Assembly (NCBI GenBank): GCA_038087875.1
Contig: CM075994.1
Location: 2,234,001-2,298,000, forward strand
Origin: Malacoraja senta
Taxonomy: Eukaryota
DNA: 64,000 nucleotides
Direction of reading: 5' to 3'
Shown here: positions 22,265-35,233 of the stretch, piece by piece
Layout: the number at the start of each line of letters is the position of its first letter
Position numbering within the stretch: position 1 is the first letter of the stretch
Translations under genes and position numbers: made by a program
The notes under the pieces: generated by a model
Told to the model about the DNA's origin: nothing
Databases searched by the model: none
Seen by the model: only the letters and a program-made list of their open reading frames with translations

Positions 22265-22809
22265 TGAAAGAAAGGATGGGTAGACAAAACCTTTTTCCCA
22301 GTATGAAAATGTCAAAGATTAGAAGGCATAGCTTTAATGGGAGCAAGTATTTTTACACAGAGGGTGGTGGGTGCCTGAAACGCACTGCCAGAGTGGTGGT
22401 GGACGGTGGTGTTTAGAGATACAGCATGGAAACAGGCCTTTCGGCTCACCGAGTCCATGCCAACCATCGATCAACGGTACACGAGTTCTATCCTACACAC
22501 TAGGAACAATTTGCAGAAGCCAATTAACTTGCAAACCTGCACATCTTTGGCATGTGGGAGGAAACCCATGATAGCAGTGTTTAAGGAGCTTTTAGATAGA
22601 CCCATGGATATGGAGGGATAAGGATCATGTACAGGCTGAGGAGATTAGTTTAACTTAGCATCATGTTCGGCATGGACATTGTGGGTTGAAGAGCCTGTTC
22701 CTGTGCTGTTCAATGAGTTGGGCTGTCACTAAAAGGGGCAGGCTGCACAAAGCCGTGCACTATGTGTGTAACGTTAGGCTGGGTGAAGCTCAGGAACTGA
22801 TGGGGAAAG

Positions 22810-23098
22810 GTCCCACCAGCATGCGATTGCATGCGTCTAGCGCGACCAAACGTGGTCGCTTGAGCCGTACGGCCTCGCGGGGCCGGTCCCACTTCGATCG
22901 CCGGAGGCGTATGGAGTTGTGCGGGGCTGGTCCCAACATCGTGCGGGGCTAAAAAAATCTTGCACTGTCCGAAAATCCCGCGCGACAACGGCCTGTCGGG
23001 CCGCAGCCGCATTGAGACCGTACGCAGTGTTTCGACGGCCGTACGCAGCGTCTCAATGCCGTACGCAGCGTGTTGCATGCTGGTGGGACAGGCCCTTT
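22810..23098. mobile_element. Harbinger-like MITE relative (left end truncated)
   Basis: gtcccaccagcatgc ... gcatgctggtgggacaggcccttta, the same terminal motif as 11530-11745, with a CpG-rich interior. Confidence 0.65.
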
Positions 23099-23477
23099 AT
23101 GAACTTATCTGTTGCTTCTGCTGGTGCTGTCAAATAAGTGAAACCACGCACTCTCGACCCAGACTGTGGCTGTTCGCAGTCAGATGTAATCAGACTGATA
23201 ACACTCTGCGATCTCGATCCTAGTCTGGAGCAGTAAGAAGTCATAGCTGTACTGTGATGCTTTTGTCTTTGCCTGTGGCTGGTTTCCTTTTGGTTTTGGA
23301 AATCTCCAAGCATCACTTGATCAATGTTACATAACACATCGACTAGCACACCACAGTCAGGTGGAAGAAATTACTGCGGTAAACAAGTGAACCATCACAG
23401 GAAATACCTGCGCATTATACAGCAGTTGCTCTTCTTTCTGACCTGCCTACAGCTCACGGCACCGGGTTTTATCCTGA

Positions 23478-23925
23478 GGGGTGACGTTAACATATGATGA
23501 GCGTCTGAAGGCACTGGGCCTGTACTCTCTGGTGTTTAGAAGGATGAGTGGAACTTACCGAATAGTGACAGGCCTGGATAGAGTGAATGTGGAGAGGATG
23601 TTTCCACCAATGGGAGAGTCTAAGATCAAAGGCCACAGCCTCAGAATAAAAAGACGTTCCTTTAGGAAGGAGATGAGGAGTCATTTCTTTAGTCAGAGGG
23701 CGGTGAATCTGTGGAATTCATTGCTACAGACGGCTGTGGAGGGTGTCAATGGATATTTTTAAGGTGGAGATTAATAGATTATTGATTAGTATGGGTGTCA
23801 AGGTTTATGGGGAGAAGGCAGTTGGGGAGAAGAAAGGGGTTGAGAGGGAAGGATAGATTAGCCACGATTGAATAGAGGAGTAGACTTGATGGGACCAACG
23901 GCCTAATTCTGCTCCTAGACTTGTG
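23478..23925 (+). mobile_element. CR1 LINE 3' fragment
   Basis: ORF 23481-23762 LTYDERLKALGLYSL.FRRM...GHSLRIK.RSFRKEMR..FFSQRAVNLWNSL. Confidence 0.85.
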
Positions 23926-25043
23926 AGCATGTTGAAGTGTCTAGGATCATGAGGGAAATGGATAAAGTGACCGCTCAGTCATCTTCCCCAGGGTAGAGGG
24001 CCTGAGTGGAAGAAGTTGCCCCTGACGTCCCCCTTAAATCTCTCCCCTCTTGCCTTAAGCCTAGATTTAGAATCCTGGATGAAAGACTGAGTGTATTCAC
24101 ATTATCCACGTCAACCTTGTGACTTACTGCACCATTATTTATGTCACGTGTACCAAGGTACAGTGAATAGCTTTTTTTTGTTGCGTGCTAACCCGTCAGC
24201 AGAAAGGCTGTCGTTTGCCTGCACAGTGGGACAGCTGGTAGGGCCATTGTCTCACAGCGCCAGAGGTTTGATCCTGACCTCGGGTGCTGTCTGGGTGTGG
24301 AGTTTGCACTTTCTCCATGTGGCCTCGTCGGTTTCCTCCGGGTGCTCCGTTTTCCTTCCACATCCCGAGGATGAGTGGGTTTGTTGGTTAATTGGCCCTC
24401 TGTAAATTGCAATTACGACTTTCAAAATACATTTAGACAGATATATGGATAGGAGGGGTTTGGAGGGTTGTGGGCTAAATGTGAGCATACGGGACTAGCC
24501 CAACATGCTGACTTGGTTGTAAAGGACAAGGTGGGCTGCAGGTAGTGGGTACAGCTCTCCATCTCTAAAACACTCCAGGAGTTCTTGTTGAGCAATACGT
24601 TATCTGCACCTGCCATCTCTCAGCTCAATACCAAGTGTTGCAGCTCAAAGCTGCAACAGTGGAACAGTGGTTGTTGAAAAAGCCGAGATAAAGCGTTTCC
24701 TGAATAATTCTCAGTAATTCCTCACTCACAACAAACTTCAAATATGATCCAAATAAAGAACTGCGTTTAAAAATAATGAGATGGCTAAAGAAAGGGAGGC
24801 AAAAGCTTACGCTGTGCTGATATCCGCTTATTTTAAATTAGTATAAAATAATACTTAAAGGACACAAAGTGTTGGAGTAACTCGACAGGTCAGGCAGCAT
24901 CTCTGGAGATCACAGTCATAAAGCACGGAAACAGGCCCTTGGGCCCAACTTGCCTATGCCGACCGACATGCCTCATCTATACTAGTCCCACCTGCCTGCG
25001 TTTGGCCCATATCCCTCTAAACCTTTCCTATCGATGTACCCTG

Positions 25044-25335
25044 TAAAGCCCCTGTCCCACTTAGGCGATTTTTTTCGGCGACTGGGCTGTTTTCACATGG
25101 TCGCGTGGTGACGCCTGTATGGTCGTGAGTAGTCTCCTCAAGTCGCCTAAAGGGCCTGTCCCACTTAGGAGACCTCCACCGTGACCTCTGGCGACCTTAA
25201 GCGACTTTTAAAGAAAATCAAGGTCGTGGTGACCTACGACCTCCTACGACCTTCCATGACTATGTATATGACCTCCTACGACTATTGAAGACCTCCCTCG
25301 ACTATGAAGAAGACCTCCTTCGACCTCCTTCGACA
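25044..25335. mobile_element. Two nested left ends of Harbinger-like MITEs with (GACCT/GACTA)-rich internal repeats
   Basis: taaagcccctgtcccacttagg at ~25044 and taaagggcctgtcccacttagg at ~25148. No matching right ends were seen. Confidence 0.55.
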
Positions 25336-27048
25336 GTGAATGCGTACGTGCGTGCTTGCAAGGTCCCTCAGGTTCCTATTAAAACTTTCCACCCTCACCT
25401 TAAACCTATCCTCTGGTTCTTGATTTCCCCTAATCTCAATAAAAGGCACCTGATTTACTCCTCTTCAGACCTTTGTGACCTTTTGTGTATTAGCCACATC
25501 TGCAGTTCTTTCTTTCTACATAAAACAATGCATTGAATGCAAATGTTGAGCTAGAGCTAGCCACTAACTATCATCACCCAGTAGAAATGGCACCATTAGC
25601 AGTCTGACCTTACACTCACACATTTTGCTGGTGCTATCACAACGTTTAAAATGCATTTGGACAGGCACGCGGATGGGACAGGTCTTGAGGGATATGGGCC
25701 AAACACAGGCAGGTGGGACGTGTAAATGGGGCATGTTGATCGGCGTGGGCAAGTTGGTCCGCAGGGACTGTTTCCACGCTAATGACTCTGGGATTCTATC
25801 CTCCTTCATTTTAAAGGGGCATGAAAATATTTCTGATAATAAACAAATATTAATCTGAATGAGGTGCACTGGCGAGAGACTGAGATAATTACCTGTAAGA
25901 CATATGCCCACCCTCTTAGTTCAACCAACTCCTCAATCCTACCACCACCCGCCTTGTTGTGCTGTTCACCCCCACAGTGCTGCTTGGAGGTTATTTAATT
26001 CTGTGCATAATGAAGGATAAATGATGATGATCTCTCAGCTACATTTTCGGCAATAATTCATGTTTACGCTGGGCGAGGTGAGGCATGAGAGGTGGCACGA
26101 AGGCGGAGCAGTGGCTGTGTGAGGCGAAAGGATCGAGAGTTGAGGTGTCGGCAGAGTGGGCCACTGGAGGCCTTGCAGCAGCCTGAGGCTCCATTAGATC
26201 GGGCATCGCTCCAAGAGGCAGAGCGCGTGGATCGGATGCGGCCTGCAGCGGCACACAGCGGTGGAGGACACCAACAACATGACTGGCCAGGCCGATCCTG
26301 CAACTCCAACCCAGTGCTGCCACCAGGACAATGGGCCTTTACAGCCAAGTTAAGACTCTAAAAATGTTAACAACATTGAACTTGAAAGGTACAATATAAC
26401 ACGCTACTCTTGTGTGCTTCGGTGGGCAGTTAGAACCTTATTCCCAGAGTGGAAATGTGAAAGCCTAGTCATAGCTTTAAGGTCAGAGGGAAAAAGTTTA
26501 AAGGATATTTGCAGATATGGTGATCTGTATTTCTAAACTAAACAATCCCTGCCACACATCACTAGCATGAAAAGGCAGATGAGTAAGAGTAGTGCGTAGA
26601 GGCAGCAGACTCGCTGCCCTGTATCTGATGCCCGAGATTTTGGTCGTGTCAGTGATAAGAAAATATATGAAAACCTGGATGTTTCCTGCTGCAGCCTGCA
26701 AGCGGTACCTGTCTCCCACTTACACTGCATGCTCCAGGGTAATTCCCCTCTCCACACCACCACGAGTCCTCCACCCACTCCCATCAGCAGCTTCCTCAGC
26801 CCACTTCCTTCTGACATTTGCAAGCATCTGTTTGGGTGCTGCGCACCGTGTTAATGCAAGGGCCTGTTTCCAAGCTATAAGACTCTATGCTGGTTTACAA
26901 AACAAGACCAGCTTGGAAACAGGCCCTTTGGCCCAACTTGTCCACACTGGCCACTTGTCTACACTAGTCCCACCTGCCTGCATTTGGCGCATATTCCTCT
27001 AAACCTGTCCTATCCATGTACCTGTCTAAAACATTGCAATAGTACCTG

Positions 27049-29329
27049 CAGGGCTCTCGCTTAACTTCTTTTCCCTGTTGCCAGCCGGGCAACCTTGGCA
27101 GCTTTTTAGGTTGCCAAATGACAGTTTAGGTGGTCATTTAAGATGGCTTACATGACGCGTGCGATAATGTGCTTGGACGAAGTGCATAGTTACCAGTCGG
27201 AATTATGCTCAATGAAGCATTCACATATTATTTCTGCTTCAAATAAAGTCACAAACTAAACATATTCACCAATCAAGACATGATGTATCCCACAATGACA
27301 TAGCAAAATTATGACAGTATCTCAACTCTTTTTACACATTGCAATGAATGCAATTTCTATTAGTTCTTTCCACTTCCAAACAAAAATGTGGTTGGATTAT
27401 TCAGCGTATGATCAACCTGTGTCAATAAAACCTGGACCGTGGTAAAATATATGCGTACGTATAGTTGTGAATGTTGCTCATTAAATAACTACAGTACTGA
27501 TACTCCATATTAAGAGCATTGATTTGCCGTTAAAATGAATTCTGTAATAACGTGTCAACAGCAGCAGTGACAATCGAACACTGCGGTTTTAATGTTTCAC
27601 GTGTTCACAATTTAATTAATCCAACTTTATGGATTAAAACAAATAATAACATTGGGAATTAAAACACATTTGATTGCATTCCGTTATCAAACATAGTAAA
27701 TGTTCGCTCTGAAGACATTTCCAGCACAATAGGGTCAGGGAGGGGGGTGTGTGTGAATCAGTGCGGGGTGGATAGATGGCGGGGGTTGGTGGGGGGGGGG
27801 GGGTTAGAAGGCAGTCGGTGCAGAATGGATGGATTGAGGCAGGTGAATTAGTATGTGTTGGTTGGAGTAGGTAAAATTGTGAGGGGAGAGCATGGGGGAT
27901 GTCAGTGGTGTTGAATGGGGGGGTTCAGTACGGGATGGATGGGGGTAGACAAAAGTGCTGGAGAAACTCAGCGGGTGAGGCAGCATCTATGGAGCGAAGG
28001 AAATCGGCAAGGTTTCGGGTCAAGACCCTTCTCAGACTGTTCCCCCCATTCTTCTTGAATGGGAGGATCAGTACAGGATGGATGGGGGGGGGGAGATCAG
28101 CGCAGGATGAATGGGTGGGGGGGTCAGTACAGTGTGGATCGGAGGGTCTGTGCAGGATGAATGGGGACCACTACAGGATGAATGAGGGGAAGGGGGGAAG
28201 GTGCAGGGTAAATGGAGGGTGGGTCAGTACGGGATGAATGCGTGGATTAGTACAGGATGGATGGGGGATCAGTACAGGATGGATGGAGGAGAAGTGCAGG
28301 ATGGATGGGAAAGGGGTAAGTACAGGGTGAATTGGGGAACCAGTGTAGGATGGATGGGGGGGGGGGGTGGTTGGCAGGAGAATCAATGCGAGGTGGATAG
28401 GGTGATCAGCGCAGGATGAATAGATGGGGGGAGGGTAGATGGGGAGGGGAGCACAGGGGATGTCAGTGAGGACTGAATAGACGCGGGAATGGGGATCAGT
28501 GCGGGATGGAGTGGAGGGGTCCCAGGATAAGGGGGTGGAGGGGGCGTACAAGAGAGAGAGAGAGAGAGAGGGAGGGGGGGGAGCGAGGTGGGGAGGAAGG
28601 AAGATCAGCGCTCCTTGGATAACATCGCCCTGCTGCCTTGGCCGTTGGGAACTCCTCGCCACCGCCTCCCTCTTCCGCCAGCCAACAGCAAGGTGCAGGG
28701 CCGGGCGGTGCAGCTCAGAGATCCTATAGCCATAGGATCTTTGGTGCAGCTGCTTCAGACGAGTCGGAGTGAATGACGGGCCCCGAACAGCAGCAGCAGC
28801 GGTGGCTCCATCTCCTCCTCCTCCCGCACCCCGCCCGCCCGCCCTGATAAGGGCCGCTGCTTGCAAACCCGCTAACGGTGCAAAACAAACCCTCCAGCAC
28901 GCCGAGGCCTCCCCCTCCCTCCCTCCTCCCAGCCTCGGCGTGCGGAAGGATTTGTTTCGAAAGCGGTTATCGCCGTTAGCGGGTTTGCAAGCAGCGGCCC
29001 TTCTCAGGGCAGGCGGGGGTCGGGAGGAGGAGATGGAGCCGCTGCCGCTGTAGCCACTGTGCGGGGCCCGTCATTCGCTCCGACCCTTCGTCACCCCGCA
29101 CCTAGTATCTTTGCCCCGCACGACAGCCGTCACCGCCGACACAAAACGTCACGTTCCTTTTCTCCAGAGATGCTGCCTGACCCGCGGAGTTACTCCAGTT
29201 TTTTGTGTCTATCTTCGGTACAAACCAGTTTCTGGTTGCCAAGCCGAGCAAAATGACTCTGTGTTTAGGTTGCCCGGCGGCGCTTTGAGTGGTCAGTGGC
29301 ACCCGGGCAACCGCTAATTTCGAGCCCTG
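27049..29329. mobile_element. 2.3-kb non-autonomous DNA-transposon-like element with CAGGGCTC...GAGCCCTG termini
   Basis: 8-bp terminal inverted repeat and multiple subterminal GGTTGCC/GGCAACC motifs at both ends. It splits a CR1-type tail (agtacctg|cctccgctacc). Confidence 0.65.
27735..28600 (+). repeat. Degenerate G-rich minisatellite (~22-25-bp units such as GGGTCAGTACAGGATGGATGGGG) and (GA)n
   Basis: Many imperfect copies of cagtacaggatggatggggg are directly visible. Confidence 0.8.
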
Positions 29330-29498
29330 CCTCCGCTACCTCCTCCGGCAGCTCATTCCATACACATACCGCCCTTTGCGTGGCAAAATTACTCCTCAGG
29401 TTCGTATTAAATCTTTCCCCCTCAACTTAAACCTATGTCCTCTGGTTCTCGATCTCCCTACACTGGATAAGAGACTCGGTGAGCCTACCCAATCTATT

Positions 29499-30270
29499 GA
29501 ACAGGAAGGCAGATTATTATCTGAATGGTGTCAAGTTAAGAAAAGGGGAAGTACAATGAGATCTGGGTGTCCTTGTTCATCAGTCACTGAAAGTAAGCAT
29601 GCAGGTACAGCAGGCAGTGAAGAAAGCTAATGGCATGTTGGCCTTCATAACAAGAGGAGTTGAGTATGAGAGCAAAGAGGTCCTTCTGCAGTTGTAGAGG
29701 GCCCTAGTGAGTCCACACCTGGAGTATTGTGTGCAGTTTTGTTCTCCAAATTTGAGGAAGGACATTCTTGTTATTGAGGGAGTGCAGTGTAGGTTCACGA
29801 TGTTAATTCCCAGGATGACGGGACTGTCATATTTGGAAAGAATGGAGTGACTGGGCTTGTATACACTGGAATTTAGAAGGATGAGAGGAGATCTTATTGA
29901 AACGTTTAAGATTATTAAGGGATTGGACACGCTAGATGCAGGAAACATGTTCCTGATGTTGGGGGAGTCCAGAACCAGGGGCCACAGTTTAAGAATAAGG
30001 AGTACACCATTTAGAACAGAGATGAGGGAAAACTTTTCCACCCAGAGAGTTGTGAATCTGTGGAATGCTCTGCGTCAGAAGGCCATGGAGGCCAATTCTC
30101 AGGATACTTTCAAGAGAGAGTCAGATAGAGCTTTTAAAGATAGTGGAGTCAAGAGATATGGGGAGAAGGCAGGAATGGGGTACTGAATGTGGATGATCAG
30201 CCATGATCACATTGAATGGCGGTGCTGGCTCGAAGGGCCAAATGGCCTACTCCTGCACCTATTGTCTATT
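29499..30270 (+). mobile_element. CR1 LINE 3' fragment nested in an opposite-strand CR1-type fragment
   Basis: ORF 29857-30186 (YTLEFRRMRGDLIETFKI...RVVNLWNAL) with a ctattgtctatt tail. The short repeat TCTATT occurs at both junctions. Confidence 0.88.
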
Positions 30271-33200
30271 CCTCTCATGATTTTGTACCCCTCTATAAGA
30301 CCAACCTTCATCCTCCTGTATCCAAGGATTATAGTCCAGCATGCTCAATGTTTTACTATATCTCAGGCCCTCGAGCCCCGGCAACTTCGTAAATCTTCTC
30401 TGCACTCTTTCCAGCTTGACAACATCTCTCCTATAACACAATGCTCAAAACTGAACAAGAGTATTGCCTCACCAACATCTTATACAACTGCAACATGACC
30501 TCCCAACTTCTATACTCAATGCTCTGACTGATGAAGGCTTGCTTCCACTCCCATCTTCTATCCACAGCTACTGATGAAGGCCAATGTGCCAAAAGCCTTT
30601 TTGACCACTCTATCTATCTGACATGCCCCTTTCAAAAAACGATCTACCTCTAGTTTTTCCTTGTTTTTGTGTCTTTGTGTGTGTTTCTGTCTATGTGGGC
30701 ATGTTGTGTGTGGGCTTATGTGTCTGTTTGAGTATGTCTGTGGTGGGCATGTATGAGTGTGTGTGTGTGGAGCCTGTGCAGTGGTATGTGGTGGTCCTGG
30801 ACTCTGCCACTGGGCTGAGACCTCATTGCCCTGCTCAGTCTGCAGGCTGGTCTACAACAATACTGCCACCTCACTAGTGGAGGAGAAGATGGGAGTGGAC
30901 GCAAGTCATCGGGCTTGAGGGACCGGCTTGGAAGTAAAAGGGTATGCAAGTACCAGCTTCCTGTGTTTCTGCCTTATGAGATTGGTATTTGTTTATTATT
31001 GGCGTGTTACCAAGATACAGTGAAACGTTTAGTTTTTGTGCTATCCAGTCAAATCATACTATACATGTAAGAACAAGGAACTGCAGATGGTGGTTTACAC
31101 CAAAGATAGACACAAAGTGCTGGAGTAACTCAGCAGGTCAGGCAGTATCTCTGGAGAACATGGATAGGTGATTTTTTGGGGGTCAGGCCACTTCTACAGA
31201 CTATCTCAAGAATATTTATCTGAAGTAATCAAGATGTATGTCTGAAGAAGGGTCCCAACCCAAAACATCATATATCCTAATTTCTCCACTGTACACAAGT
31301 ACAACAGGTAGTGCAAAGAGAAAAATACCAGTGCAGAAGATAACGTTACAGCGTTATAGTGTTACAGTAACAGAGAAAGTGCAGATTTTTTGTTTGAAGT
31401 GATTCTTGATTAGTAAGGGTGTCAGGGTCATGGGGTGAAGGCAGGAGAATGGGGTTGAGAGGGAAAGATAGATCAGCCATGATTGAATGGTGGAGGAGAC
31501 TTCATGGGACAAATTGCCTAATTCTGCTGCTAGAACATGAACTTATGAGTGCAAGGGCATCAATATTTAGATTCTGTTTAGTTTTTAATTTCTGAGGTGC
31601 TTATTTGCCTAAACAGTACTGTAATTTTAAACTTTATTTATGCCCTATAAACTGTGGTGAGACAGGCAGAGGGGTGGGAGTGTGTTGGTTTAGTTTGTCA
31701 CACCCCCGTTCTTCTACAAAGCGGTGTCGAATTGGGTTTATTCCGCTGTTGCACCTTCACTCGACCACTGAAGCAGTGCTGATGTCAAACACTCGCGTCA
31801 GGGCTCTGGGGGACACTGTGACTCACACGGCCCACCTCGCTACTGGGCAGTAAGTCACCACGCACCAGAACTGATGGAAAAACCCTGCCCACACACTGAT
31901 CCCATGTAACATTTTCAAGGGGTAACAATCGATCCGTTGAGGTCACCACAAATGAAACTGATTCAAAGATACAGTGTGGAAACAGGCACTTCGGCCCACC
32001 GAGAACATGCCGATCATCTGTCACCCGTTCACACTAGTTCTATGTTATTCCACTCCCGACAGACTCAGGGAAACTTATAAAACTAAATCAGGGTTAATTT
32101 ACAATTGGAAAGGCAGGGAATTGAATGTTTTTTTTGGAAGGGACAACTAAATATATAGATGAGGGCAGGGCAGTTCACGTGACTTACATGGAAAGACACA
32201 AAATGCTGGAGTAATTCAGCAGGTCAGGCAGCATCATTAGAGAAAATGAGTGAGGAGGAATTTATTTTGTCACAGGGTGGTGAATCTGTGGAATTCATTG
32301 CCAAGATGCTGTGAAGGCAGTCAATGGATATTTTTAAGGTGGAGATTAACAGTTTCTTGATTAGGAAGGGTGTCCTGGGTTGTGGGGAGAAGGTAAGAGA
32401 ATGGGGTTGAGAGGGAAAGATAGAGCAGCCATGATTGAATGGTGGAGTAAACTAGATGGGCCGAACGGCCTAATTCTGCTCCTAGAACTTATGAAGGTTC
32501 TATCCATTTTCTCCAGAGATGCTGCCTGGCCCGCCAAGTTACTCCAGTATTTTCTCAACCTAACCATGTTCTTCAGAGATGCTACTTGACCCGCTGAGTT
32601 ACTCCAGCCTTTTGTGTCTATCTATGGTATAAACCAGCATCTGCAGTTCCTTTCAATTATATGTGGTTTACATGGACTTTAGTAAGGCCTTTCACAAGGT
32701 TCCACATGGAAAACTGTCCATAATTTTCAACCAGAAGAAGATTGGACCAAATCCAAAAAAATGTACATGTGATTATTTTTTTAAAAGCCATGCAGTCCAT
32801 ACAAAGTATTTGAGACTCATTCAATTAATGGTATTTTTTACTCAAGAGTTTTGTAAGATATTCATACAGTTCCATTCTTTTGCAGGTTCTATCAATAACA
32901 AGTGGAAAAATAAAGGCAAATATAAAGTGGGTACTGAACAACATATAAAGAAATATACAGAGGACAGATGCAAAGTAAAGCCTTTCCAGGTACGTAAAGC
33001 TAAATTTAGTAACAAAACTGAAAAAGAGCCATTTTCAACAATAATATTGTGTTACTTTCTCTGGGATTTTTTAAAATATAGCTGATTGCCTACTTTCTAT
33101 ATTTGAGATGTACGTTTTCACAAAATACCACAGCCCACCAAGTTGCTCTGGATTTTCACTTTCCACCTACTCTGATTGTCAAATGTGGGTTGTCTACTTA

Positions 33201-33756
33201 TGCACGTAGAAAACAAGCGATTAGTCACAGACCAGTCAGTTAGTGCTGCTGTGTATGGGTGTTTGTTGGGCCTTTAAAGTCCTATGAATTCCCTGAATGT
33301 CTTGTTGATACTTTAGATTCAATTCCAGTACATCCATCAAACCGTTCACTTATAATTAGCACAGACGAATTATGATCGGGGAGCAACAGAACCAGGAGCC
33401 AAGTCAAACTTGCACTGAAACTAAAGAAATGAGTAATTATTACTAAACTCATAGCTTGCAAATAAGCAGCACAGTTACAGTAATCACAGGGCCTGCAACT
33501 GAACAGAATATAGCAAGCCTCTTCACTTCAACTGTTTCAGCTTTACAATGTATTGCACTGTGAACAGTTCTGGGAAGAGAGTTTAGGGCGGCACAGCACC
33601 AAAGTCCCGGGTTCGATCATGATCTCGGATACTGTCCGTGAGCAGTTTGTACCTTCTCCCTGTGATCGTGTGCGTTTTCACCGGGCGCTCCAGTTTCCTT
33701 CTACATCAGAATCAGAATCAGAATCACACCTTATTCGCCAAGTATGTTTTGCTTTG

Positions 33757-35233
33757 TGGATTGGAGGGTAGCTAATGTTATTCCACTTTTTAAGAAAGGC
33801 GAGAGAGAGAAAACAGGGAATTATAGACCAGTTAGCCTGACATCGGTGGTGGGAAAGATGCTGGAGTCAATTATAAAAGATGAGATAGCCGCACATTTGG
33901 ATAGCAGTAACAGGATCGGTCCGAGTCAGCATGGATTTACGAAGGGGAAATCATACTTGACTAATCTTCTGGAATTTTTTGAAGATGTAACTAGGAAAAT
34001 GGACAAGGGAGAGCCAGTGGATGTAGCGTACCCGGACTTTCAGAAAGCATTTGATAAGGTCCCACATAGGAGATTAGTGGGCACAATTAGGGCACATGGT
34101 ATTGGGGGTACAGTGCTGACATGAATAGAGAAGTGGTTGGCAGACAGGAAACAAAGAGTAGGGATTAATGGGTCCCTTTCAGAATGGCAGGCAGTGACTA
34201 GTGGGGTACTGCAAGGCTTGGTGCTGGGACTGCAGCTATTTACAATATACATCAATGATTTGGATGAAGGGATTCAAAGTAACATTAGCAAATTTGCAGA
34301 TGACACAAAGCTGGGTGGCAGTGTGAACTGTGAGGAGGATGCTAGGAGAATGCAGGGTGACTTGGACAGGTTGGGGGAGTGGGCAGATGCATGGCAGATG
34401 AAGTTTAATGCGGATAAATGTGAGGTTATCCACTTTGGTATCAAAAACATGAAGGCAGATTACTATCTAAATGGCGTCAAGTTGGGAAAAGGGGAAGTAC
34501 AACGGGATCTGGGAGTCCTTGTACATTAGTCTGTGAAAGTAAGCATGCATGTACAGCAGGCAGTGAAGAAAGCGAATGGCATGTTGGCCTTTATAACAAG
34601 AGGAATCGAATATAGGAGCAAAGAGGTCCTTCTGCAGTTGTACAGAGCCCTAGTGAGACCACACCTGGAGTATTGTGTGCAGTTTTGGTCCCCTAATTTG
34701 AGGAAGGACATTCTTGCTATTGAGGGAGTGCAACGTAGGTTTACAAGGTTAATTCCCGGGATGGCGGGACTGTCATATGCTGAGAGAATGGAGGGGCTGG
34801 GCTTGTACACTCTGGAGCTTATAAGGATGAGTGGGAATCTTATTGAAACATATAAGATTGTTAAGGGTTTGGACATGCTAGGGGCAGGAAACATGTTCCC
34901 GATGTTGGGAGAGTCCAGAACCAGGGGCCACAGTTTAAGAATAAGGGGTAAGCCATTTAGAACGGAAACGAGGAAACACTTTTTCTCATAGAGAGTTGTG
35001 AGTCTGTAGAATTCTCTGCCTCAGAGGGCGGTGGAGGCAGGTTCTCTGGATGCTTTCAAGAGAGAGCTAGATAGGGCTCTTAAAAATAGCGGAGTCAGGG
35101 GATATGGGGAGAAGGCAGGAACGGAGTACTGATTGGGGATGATCAGCCATGATCACATTGAATGGCGGTGCTGGCTCGAAGGGTCGAATGGACTACTCCT
35201 GCACCTATTGTCTATTGTCTATTGTCTATTGTC
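33757..35233 (+). mobile_element. CR1 LINE, RT domain to 3' end
   Basis: [65 protein letters not shown], with a (CTATTGT)n tail. Confidence 0.93.

Noticed and set aside
25140..25335. Short GACCT/GACTA repeats resembling a CRISPR-like array
   Set aside because: Irregular degenerate repeats without unique constant-length spacers, inside a MITE, in a vertebrate context with no cas genes.
27899..29053. Gly-, Pro- and Ala-rich ORFs (e.g. 28171-28866)
   Set aside because: By-products of a G-rich minisatellite and a GC-rich inverted repeat, with no domain or splice support.
32663..33085. 140-aa ORF beginning MVYMDFSKAFHKVPHG
   Set aside because: Only the first ~17 codons are a CR1 RT scrap. The rest is AT-rich sequence with no recognisable protein.
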